A stretch of 32,625 nt of DNA, taken from Saprolegnia diclina VS20. Its lineage: Eukaryota. A model generated the notes under the pieces. That model did no database searches. It worked only from the letters and a program-made list of their open reading frames with translations, and was not told the DNA's origin. Where the stretch lies: the NCBI RefSeq assembly GCF_000281045.1, contig NW_008246072.1, positions 660,434 to 693,058 on the forward strand. The letters run 5' to 3'. The translations under genes and the position numbers were made by a program. This document shows positions 1-9,368 of the stretch, piece after piece (within the stretch, counting starts at the first letter, position 1; every line of letters starts with the position of its first letter).

Positions 1-335
1 AGCCGCGGAAGCACGAGTTGCAGCCCACACCAGAACCACAAAATAACCCGCTCCACTACAGTTCTACTGACTGGTACGACGCTCCACCACTATTGCCCGC
101 TCGAGGAGTGTCACTGGACATTGGATAAGATGTAAACTCGTCTAAATCAGCCACCCGCAGCCTTGTGCCGTCCCGACGCGGCCTGCAGTTTCGATTGTCC
201 AGTCGACCACGTCAAAGTTTTATTATCAAGGGTCGACGTCACAAATATGTTCTTTCATCTCCATAGGGCTACGGCGTCGTGTCGCGCTATCCCCTATCAT
301 AGCCCTTTTTACGTAGACCATTGCATTCTAATAAA

Positions 336-1017
336 CTAAAACAGTTGGTTGTGCAGCGCAACCCAAGCATCTTTGGTGTAAAACTTGGCGCTGCCCAGCT
401 TGGTGAGCGCATTCAGCGTCAAGTGGCAGTAGGGCACCATGGCTACTCCATGCAGAGAGGATTAGCTACGGATGCCACTGGTACGACGCACCGAGCTTTT
501 GCAGCACCGAGAGCAGGTAGTAGCCCGGGCGGTCCCACAGTTCGACGGTCGGTCGGCCGCCCGACAGAATCGACTACAAGGAATCATGCGTCACACACTA
601 GTATATGAATGGCGTACGATGCGGGAGATGCCAAGCGCCGTTGTCAAGGCAAAGTAGACCAAGTGCATGTACAGCACCGATCGAAATTCCATCCCGAGGA
701 GGCCGAGGAGGCCATTGCGGAACGGAAATGTCATGCCCAGTAGAATGAACAAGTCGATGGCCGCGACGATCTGCACAAACGCTTGGGCTCTACTCACTGT
801 CGCGTCAATTCAGACACGTTGTCGTGGTGACGCACAAGATGACACTCACGGCCGTGTTGATGCTGTTGGACGCTGCGAGGTCGACGTACTCGGCCGACGC
901 ATTCAGCGCCATGTCGGTGGCGAGGAAGAGACCCATGAGAAGGTACTTGGCCATGAACGAGGCTCGCAAACGCCGGTAGCCGCGGCCATCACGCTCAAAG
1001 CTCCAGGTTGTCGTCAT
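336..1017 (-). CDS. TMEM138: Transmembrane protein 138-like (ciliary trafficking), 4 exons
   Basis: Splicing GT-AG introns 790-835, 574-617 and 443-491 gives MTTTWS..KYLLMGLFLATDMALNASAE..DLFILLGMTFPFRNGLLGLLGMEFRSVLYMHLVYFALT..LWDRPGYYLLSVLQKLAMVPYCHLTLNALTKLGSAKFYTKDAWVALHNQLF*. This matches the recalled TMEM138 pattern TF-x-F-xx-GL..F......VYFAL and LG-xxx-FY-xxx-W. Confidence 0.85.
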
Positions 1018-1335
1018 GACTAGCGTTGCAGCGGACCGTTACAATGGTATCCGGATGTTTGTCGTAGTCGGTCGTTTTAGTCGAAGCCGTTGCATCACCG
1101 ACTGTGAGTTAGTCGCTCTGACTTCAGGAGCCTTGGCAATGGAGTAGAACACCGCGCTGTAAGCAGCAAACGATACAACGACCGGTAGTAATAGGAATAC
1201 GTGAGGTGAGGTTGTGCCTGCAGCTGAACTGCTGCGCTAGTTCTAAGTAGCGTAAGGGTGGCGCGGTGCACTCATATCACACTATTATATAGTTTTCACA
1301 CTATTGACGGAAAATTTGGAATTGAGCGGGAAACA

Positions 1336-1388
1336 CCCGCCAATCAAACGCCACTGACGAGGCAATTTGCGCTTTTTGGCCAATGAGC
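1336..1388. promoter_or_regulatory. Two CCAAT boxes in the divergent TMEM138/EXO1 promoter
   Basis: GCCAATCA (core 1340-1344) and GGCCAATGA (core 1380-1384), 70-115 nt upstream of the EXO1 ATG. Confidence 0.5.
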
Positions 1389-1453
1389 GCGAGGTGCTTT
1401 AGGTTGCGTTTAAATATTCAAAGTCGCTTCGTCCAGCACCGGGTATACCACGC

Positions 1454-3457
1454 ATGGGGATCTCGGGTCTCCTGCCGCAGCTCAAGTCGATCACGTCGCC
1501 GACGACGCTCCGGCAGTACCGCGGGAAGACGGTGGCGGTCGACGGCTACTGCTGGTATAGGCGTGAGCGACATGGCCACGGCCTCCTGACGAAGCGTCAA
1601 CCTCCGTAGGCTGCACCGTGGCGTCTACAGCTGCAGCCAAGAGCTCTGCCTAGGTCAAGAATCCGACAAGTACGCTCTACCGCGCTTCGACGTCGCTCAT
1701 GCAGAAACGCTAGGTATATCAAGTACTTTATGGAGCGAGTCGAACATCTACTGACGTGTGGTGTGATCCCGTACATTGTCTTTGATGGCGGGTACCTGCC
1801 GATGAAGAAGCTCAAGGAAGACGAGCGCCGAAGGTACAGCCTGCCACACGCGAAGCAACAACAACATGACGGCTCACGTAGCTCGCGAGACAAGCACCGC
1901 CAGAGCGGCCTCGAGTTCCTCCAGCAGAAGAAGTACGATCTGGCCCGGCAGTGCTTTGTCAAGGCCGTCGACGTCTCGCCGTTTATGGCCCACCGCGTGA
2001 TCGAGGTACACACCTGATCGCTGTGACGACATCGCCGACCACATTGTCTTGTCCAGTGCCTCAAGAAGCGCAATGTACAGTACGTCGTCGCCCCGTACGA
2101 AGCCGATGCGCAAATGGCGTACCTCGCGCGCAATGGTCTCGTCGACGCCGTCATTTCCGAGGACTCGGACTGCCTTCCATTCGGCTGCTCGACGGTACGC
2201 ACGTCCTCGCCTTTCCCAGTACTGATAGGATTTGCTCAGGTGCTCTTCAAGATGGACCAGGCTGGGCACGTGGACGAGATCCAGCTGTCCAACCTGGCCA
2301 AGAACAAGGGCCTGTCTTTTGTCGGCTTCAACGACGACATGGTACATCATCATCCTCTCTTCTTCTCGTCTCATGACACTTTGTAGTTTCTCGATATGTG
2401 CATCATGTCAGGCTGCGACTACGTCGCCTCGATCCCAGGCCTCGGCGTCAAGAAGTCCCACGGTCTCCTCCAGCGCTACGGCTCTTGGCGCAAGGTACCA
2501 GCATTCTCCCAGCTAAAAGCATCGTCTCATACATCGCCTAGGTCGTCCGGGCGCTTCGCATCGAGAGCAAGCTCAAGATATCGCCCACGTACGAAGCCGA
2601 CGTTGAGGAAGCCCGCTTGACGTTTCGCCACCAGCGCGTGTTTGACCCGCGCACCAAGGTTGCAGCAGCAGTATTCCTTACATACCAACATATTTTACGT
2701 AGACGCTCGTGACGCTGACACCGCTGCTGTCGACGACGTTGACGGACACGGACTTCCTGGGACCAATCATTCCCGACGAGATCGCGGCGCAGATCGCAGA
2801 TGGGAGCATGGACCCGATCTCGCAGACGCTGTTTCCAGCGTCCATGGTGGCGCGGTTCTCGGCCGTGCCGCGTGCGCCGGCCCCGCCAAAGCCGACGACA
2901 CCGGTCCAGGCCAAGGCGCCTGCAATGTTTGTGACACCAGAGGCTGAGAAGGAGAATGCCTTCACGCGCATGCTCTCGGCGGCAGGCACGTCGTCGCTCG
3001 TGCAGCGGTCGACCATGAAGCGCAAGCTCCCACTCAGCTTTGCCGATGCGAACGCGTCCAAGTGGATGTACAAAAAACCTACTCACGTGCGTCTCCATAT
3101 CTGTGTCGTGCTTGTGTACATTGTGGTGCATTTTGCCTACTTGTCGTCGATCATCGTCTAGTCAATGGAGAATCTTATGTCTTCTGTGTGTTCGTGTAGC
3201 CAACCAAGACGACAGCCCAGCCCTCCAAGAGCACGGCAAGCAGTCGCTTCTTTGCCCCGAAACCAAGTTTCAAGGCGTCCCAGACCCAAGAGGCGACCCA
3301 AGAGGCGACCCAAGAGTCGACGCCAGAGAGCACCGACGCCGTCGAGTCGACGCCGCCGGCGATGATCCCCCAACCGACGGTACAGAGTCCGATCAAGAAA
3401 CCCGCGCCGCCACGAACGCTCTTCGACCACTTTCGCTTCCAAGCGTCGGCAAAGTAG
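1454..3457 (+). CDS. EXO1: Exonuclease 1 (XPG/Rad2 family), 10 exons
   Basis: Motifs MGISGLLPQLK, VAVDGYCWLHRG, VFDGGYLPMK, VAPYEADAQMAYL, ISEDSDCLPFGC and SGCDYVASIPGLGVKK. Introns start at 1555, 1670, 1834, 2006, 2195, 2342, 2494, 2659 and 3087 (last 3087-3199). The final exon reads PTKTTAQPSKSTASSRFFAPK...RTLFDHFRFQASAK*. Confidence 0.93.
3282..3316 (+). repeat. 12-bp coding tandem repeat x3 (GACCCAAGAGGC; TQEA-TQEA-TQES) in the EXO1 tail
   Basis: Directly visible in the sequence. Confidence 0.85.
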
Positions 3458-4079
3458 ATAGAGTAGACGAAAATGTGAATATCGACCACACCATAGAGTG
3501 AGAGCAGGCGCCACTCGCACCACAAGGCCACTTGGCGGCCACAGCCCTGGTGTTGTCGGCGACAACAGGCCCGACCTTGCGACCTGCCTCAATCCAGGCA
3601 AGTTCGTCTCGGCCGTAGCTCGCCCCAAGCCAAGCCCACGTAAAGTGTCGAGTCAACAAGCATGGCTTTGGGACGTGAGCCCGTTCAAGAAAAGTAGATG
3701 AGCGCCATCTTCCGTCGATTCGATGAAACACATATTCGTGTGCGATATCATTGGTACGAGGTTGACGAGAAATAGCGCAACAAGGTCGCGCGGGCGTCGG
3801 TCGAGGTACTTTGAGGGATGCAACAGAGAACAAGAAGCAAGCACTCGTGGGGCAATATTGGGGCAGTTGCTCGAACACGTGCTCCTTGTTACTCCAACTG
3901 ACGACTCGCCCGTGCGTGCGCAGTTCTCGTGCAGGATGACTGACGTGCTCGGAGATCATACGCGCCTTGTCCATGATCTGCGCCTTGAGACCGCCTTCTA
4001 ACTGGTGGCGCCTAGTATGCACCATCAACGTCGTCCACGGGTCGTCGCCACGTTCGCGCGTTTGGGTCTCTTGGCCTAC

Positions 4080-4665
4080 NNNNNNNNNNNNNNNNNNNNN
4101 NNNNNNNNNNNNNNNNNNNNNNNNNNNNNNNNNNNNNNNNNNNNNNNNNNNNNNNNNNNNNNNNNNNNNNNNNNNNNNNNNNNNNNNNNNNNNNNNNNNN
4201 NNNNNNNNNNNNNNNNNNNNNNNNNNNNNNNNNNNNNNNNNNNNNNNNNNNNNNNNNNNNNNNNNNNNNNNNNNNNNNNNNNNNNNNNNNNNNNNNNNNN
4301 NNNNNNNNNNNNNNNNNNNNNNNNNNNNNNNNNNNNNNNNNNNNNNNNNNNNNNNNNNNNNNNNNNNNNNNNNNNNNNNNNNNNNNNNNNNNNNNNNNNN
4401 NNNNNNNNNNNNNNNNNNNNNNNNNNNNNNNNNNNNNNNNNNNNNNNNNNNNNNNNNNNNNNNNNNNNNNNNNNNNNNNNNNNNNNNNNNNNNNNNNNNN
4501 NNNNNNNNNNNNNNNNNNNNNNNNNNNNNNNNNNNNNNNNNNNNNNNNNNNNNNNNNNNNNNNNNNNNNNNNNNNNNNNNNNNNNNNNNNNNNNNNNNNN
4601 NNNNNNNNNNNNNNNNNNNNNNNNNNNNNNNNNNNNNNNNNNNNNNNNNNNNNNNNNNNNNNNNN
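4080..4665. other. Assembly gap (N run)
   Basis: Run of N. Confidence 1.
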
Positions 4666-5160
4666 CTTTCTCCAACACGAGACGCCGATCTTGGACGCCT
4701 TGTCGCCATCTTTCAACGCTCACGCTTCACAGAGTCGACGTGACGAACTTTCCACAGCTGCCAGCGCTCGGGAAACTTTGCTTGCGGATGGTGACGATGA
4801 CAGACCACGCGGTCGCCGCTACCGCAGCCATGCTTGCGGCGTCGACAACGCTTTATCATCTCGACCTTGGAGATTCGGGATTGCCACACGACGTACTCCA
4901 ACGGATCCTCAACGCGCTACGGCGCTGGCTGAGTCGCCACCAAAGCTCGTGCTACGTCATGTGACGGACGAAACCCAGAGCATTGCCGCACTGCTCATGA
5001 CGCGCAACACACACCTCGTGCGAATGAATGAATCTGTGCGCCCCTCGCCCCTCGCTCGTCGACTCGCTCGACCTCAAAGCCTGTCAACGCCTCGTGGCAG
5101 GTCTTCGTCACAGATCCAGCTCAGCCTTGGTCTCCGCATTCGACGTGACGTTGAAGAAGG
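4666..5160 (+). pseudogene. Fragment of a leucine-rich/RNI-like protein with an apparent frame break
   Basis: HLSTLTLHRVDVTNFPQLPALGKLCLRMV..STTLYHLDLGDSGLPHDVLQRILNALRRWL shows LxxLxL periodicity. A stop at ~4962-4964 is followed by a plausible continuation in another frame (ETQSIAALLMTRNTHLVR). The 5' part is lost in the gap. Confidence 0.45.
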
Positions 5161-5262
5161 GCTCTGTGCACGTATGCAGAAGGGTATGACGTATGGGGGC
5201 AAGCATTTTCTTATCGTTTTTTGTAAGCACAGACACAATCGACTACTAATATGATGAGATCT

Positions 5263-8030
5263 TTACACATCTCGGGACATGACGGTGCCCGGGTTGTACG
5301 TGAAGCCGTCGAAATGAGCCTGCGCACGGTGCGTCGCGCCGAGCTGCTGCGTCACCGGTGAGTCTTTCGGCGGCTCGCGGAGGAAGACGCCGGCGACGTT
5401 GGTCGTGTCGTGCTCGCCCGTCACCGTCGGCTTGAACGGTGCCTCCATTTCCTTGCGCATGAGCTTGTCCCAGTCGATGCTGGCGAAAAACGGGTGGTCC
5501 ATGATTTCCTGGGCGCCCGACGGGCCCGACCCGAGACGCTTGGCCGGGTCCTTGCGCAGCAACTAGACAATATCCTCATGAGTCACACCTCGCCGTAAGA
5601 CTACAAAGCGTACGCCCGTGAGGAGGCTCTTGGCGTCCTCGGAAAACACCGGCGTAAACACCACGTCGCGGTGCAGAATATTGTGGAACATCTTCTTGCG
5701 GTTCCGGTCAAAGAACGGCGTCTACATTCGTCCAATCAGATTCCATCGACAAAACAAGTCATGCTGACATACCTGTCCCGTCATCATCTCAAAGAGCAGC
5801 GTGCCAAAACCCCACCAATCGACGGGCTTGCCGTACGAGAGGCCCTTGAGGAGCTCGGGCGCAATGTACTCGGCCGTGCCGCAGAACGTCTTGGCGCCGT
5901 CCGGGACGTCGACGTTCTCTTTTGAGAGCCCGAAGTCGGTGAGCGCCACGTAGCCCTTGTCGTCCATCAAAATGTTCTCAAGCTTGAGATCGCGGTACGC
6001 AATGTTGAGGTCGTGGAGGTGCGACATGGCCATGAGAAGCTGCGCCGCGTAGAACCGCGCACGCTTCTCGGAGAACTTGCGCGACTTGCGCAGGTGGAAG
6101 AAGAGCGTCCCGCCCGTGTAATAGTCCATGACCAAGTACAACTTGTCTTCGGTCTGGAACGCGTACCGGAGACGGACCACGAACGGGTGGTCAATGTCGC
6201 GCAGAATGCGGCGCTCGGCCTTTGTGTGCTCGACTTGGTTTTTCGCAAACACATTGGCCTTCTTGAGCACCTTCATCGCGTACGTGGCATTCGCGCTGTT
6301 GTCCTCGCCGTTCTCGGCCTTCCGGCGCACGAGCATGACCTTCCCGAACGCGCCCTTGCCAATGACCTTCATCAAGTCAAAGTCGTCGACGCTGAGCTTG
6401 CCCTTGGGCGCCTTCTCGGTCGAGCCCGACCGCGACCGTTCCTGGCGCGACTCGATCATCGAGCCGTTGAGGTTGTCGGCGTTCGAGCCCGACGGCCCGC
6501 GGCGCGTGCTGCCTTCGCCGACCGTCGACCCGCTCGACATTTGCCGCGTGAGCGTCGCCGACGCATCGGGCGGGAATGGCTTGTTACCGTCGCTCGCGCA
6601 GTCGGTACAGACGCGCTGGGCCGTCGCCCAGCCCGGAAGGAAGAGCCGGTCGCGCGAGCACGCGTTACAGACGGCGCGGTGGCACATGCGGCAGTGGTGG
6701 CGCCGGTCAAACATGGTAAAGTGGAAGAGGCAGAGGTTGCAGTGCTTTTCGCTGCCGGGGTTGATAAACTTGCCGTCCGACGCCGTGCGCTTGAGCTTGG
6801 GCGCGTTCGGGTCCGGCCGGAACGTGTTGGTCGCCGTGTTGAGGAAGCTGTCGTCGCTAATGCCGTTCGGCAGCGGAATGTCGGCCGGCCGGTTCTTCTC
6901 GGCTTCGACGTACGTCAGCGCGTCGCTACACATAAGAAGCTCATGAGCTTTGCACATGAAGGAAGGAGAGAGAGGCAGTACCGGACGGCGAGGAAGCGGA
7001 AGAGCGCATCGGCCACGTTCTTGATGCAAAAGGCCGCGACGTAGTAGTGGTTCGCGACCGCACGCGGCGGCTTGCCGGCCGAGAGACACGTGCAGCCCGT
7101 GCGATGGGGCGCGTCGCCTTCGAGCGGCTGCTGGAAGCCGACGTCGTGGTTGACCTCCCAGTACATGGCGCGGTGGGCGAGGAGCGACTTGACCGTCTGC
7201 GCGTCGCCATCTTCGATGCGGTGCGACGACTCGATGAGCGCGATGGCACCGTTCCGGCGCAAGAGCGCTTCGCCGCGCGACTGCAACAAGTACTTGATGA
7301 GCACGCCGCCGTACGAGTACCCGATAAAGAAGACGCGCTTGGCCTCGGACGGCGCGACGAACGCGTCCCAGACCGAATCCATGTGTTCTTCGGGCGACGA
7401 CGAGCCGGGGATCGGCACCTTCTTGTTGGTGTCACGGAGCATGACCGCGTTCTTGTTCGGGTTGGGCACGACGATGCCGTAGCCTTCGTCGAGCGCCTTG
7501 CGAAAGTACGAGAGCATCGAGCCCGCCTTCACGCCCGAGTTCAAGATGAGGCCACGGCTCCAGAGGCCGGGCGAGAGGCCGCGCGAGACCGCGACAAACA
7601 CAATGAGCTTCTTCGCCGTGAGGTAGTTGGACGAGACGAAGACATTGCACTTGAGGTGCGCGGGCCCAGTCGACGGGAGGTAGACCTCCTGGAAGCCCAT
7701 CGTGCTCTTCATCGTTTCGTGTACGTAGCCGACGACCGCGTTGAGAATCTCGTCTTGGTGGATCGTAATGTCGTTCTCATCGAGCTGCTTGCCGGTGGCC
7801 TTGAAGCGCAGCATGCCATCGTTGTCCATCGAGTAGAGCGGGTGCGAGAACGGCGGCGACTCGGGCTCGGGCTGCATCGGCGTCGCGTTCGAGCGCGAGG
7901 CCTGCGTGCGCAGCACGGCCGGGCCCGACATGGGCGCGGGTGGCATGCTCGAGAACTGGGTCGGCCCACCGCTGTTGCCGTTGAGCGTGTTGCTCTTCTT
8001 CCGGCGGAACCAGCCTTGGATCTTCTGCAT
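5263..8030 (-). CDS. Arb2/FAM172-like alpha/beta-hydrolase domain + FYVE finger + AGC (Akt/SGK/Ypk-like) Ser/Thr kinase, ~869 aa, 4 exons
   Basis: Introns 6926-6981, 5722-5772 and 5563-5613 give a 2610-nt CDS. Kinase: GKGAFGKV, YAMKVL, YRDLKLEN, DFG, TFCGTAEYIAPE, turn site DSP, hydrophobic motif FDGFTY. FYVE: CNLC..RRHHCRMC..CNAC..RVCTDC. N-domain: GLWSRGLILN..GSMLSYFRKALDEGYGIVVPNPN..SPEEHMDSVWD..GYSYGG. Confidence 0.88.
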
Positions 8031-9368
8031 GCTACGAGGCGTTTTGGGCTTTACGTCGGTCTCTTCCCAGTCGCCAACAAGCCAGTCAGCGAATATTATT
8101 ATTTAATTGCGCTTTTTATAGGGTGGCAGAGGCGCGTATCCGGACACCCGTTCTTTTTCGTGTAACACTCCGTAACACATTGCAATAATTATAATACGCT
8201 GCGTGACACACGCACGGATATCGTGTTAGTATGCGAATATTACTCGACAGTCTCATCGACTCAGGAGCTCGACAAGACAGAGTCACAGAGTGCTGTCGGC
8301 CAGAAATTGCTCGAATACACGCACAGCGTCTGTGTACTGCGCGCCATACGTCGAGATGCGTGCGATCGACCACGCTGCGGTAGCTCTCCTCCTGCACTTT
8401 TTGTACCAGATGATGATGCCAGCAACTACTGTGTGGAAGGAAATAGTATGAGCGTTTTGTCGCCTCCTCACCGTGTAGTTGCACAACCAAGGAGACGCCA
8501 ATGTGACGCACATGGCCGGACGCTACAAGTGCGACAAGCGTGGCTGCCAAGTCCTCCCTGGCCTTATCGACACGCTCCGTTGGTCGCACTGCGTGCGTTC
8601 GCGGCGTGTACCCGCACACTATTTCATGTAGTACACGATTTGCCTCCTATTATAATGACGCGAGTGTATATCGACGCTCGTATTTTTATGCTGCCGCGAA
8701 AAGCATTACACACGAGTGGGTCGTCGGATCCGGATACTGGCGCCGACGAGATTGCAGTGAACAAACCCGACGGCCGACGCGTGTAGCATTACGCTGAGGG
8801 CCGGCGACACCAAGTGGCGGCTGATCGTCCTTCCATCAGCCTACGCTTCGTCCTTCTACTCGTCTCTGCTCCTCTGCTACTAAATGACCCATTCGCGACT
8901 ATCAACGCGGATCTTTGGTCCACCATACTCGTGTACCGGTACTGCTGTGGGCGCGTAAAAATGATGGGAAATGGTCAGATGCGCGTTCGCCGAGATTCTG
9001 GCGCCATTCATTGACATGTCAAGTTGGTCACCTGGACGCACGCTGCCCACTGAAGGGAGCGTGCCAACGTCGTTTTGGACGCATTAGAATTTAGGGAGAT
9101 TGCCTGAAGCGACTCTTCTGGTGCAAGTCTAGTCTTTTCCAGTTGCGTCTACCAGACCAGACGTGGTGACGGGCTTTGCGATCAGACGACCCAGATACGA
9201 GACGCGCGCACGTTCGTTACCCGCGACGAGACGACGTTTCCCGAATTTTACTAACGTTACCGGACAGTGCAGTTTGGAAGGCCTAAATTTTGGCATTCAT
9301 ATTGGTATGAAACCGTTTTTCGCGTTTGAAAATAGCTGAAACCGGAGGTAAAACCACTTTTTCGCAGG

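Noticed and set aside
3282..3316. Direct repeats here and at 19815-19890 as CRISPR-like arrays
   Set aside because: They are in-frame 12-bp coding repeats without spacers in a eukaryotic gene.
1454..3457. FEN1, GEN1 or XPG as an alternative call
   Set aside because: MGIxGLLP, DxYCWLHRG, FDGGxLPMK and APYEADAQ are EXO1-type motifs.
3040..3701. ORFs 3040-3501 and 3498-3701 as the EXO1 C-terminus
   Set aside because: The phase-0 intron 3087-3199 leads to a third frame with Exo1-like motifs that ends at 3457.
3393..4964. 200-440-aa ORFs spanning gap 1 (and 370-510-aa ORFs spanning 30597-32123)
   Set aside because: They are artefacts of N runs translated as X.
4950..4975. TGA read-through or selenocysteine in the LRR relic
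   Set aside because: The continuation is in a different frame and I saw no SECIS-like hairpin. Decay is the simpler explanation.
6013..8165. Long plus-strand ORFs (343 and 372 aa) opposite the kinase, with similar antisense ORFs over the PHD, anoctamin and S53 genes
   Set aside because: These are shadow ORFs caused by GC-rich codon usage on the true strand, and they carry no motifs.
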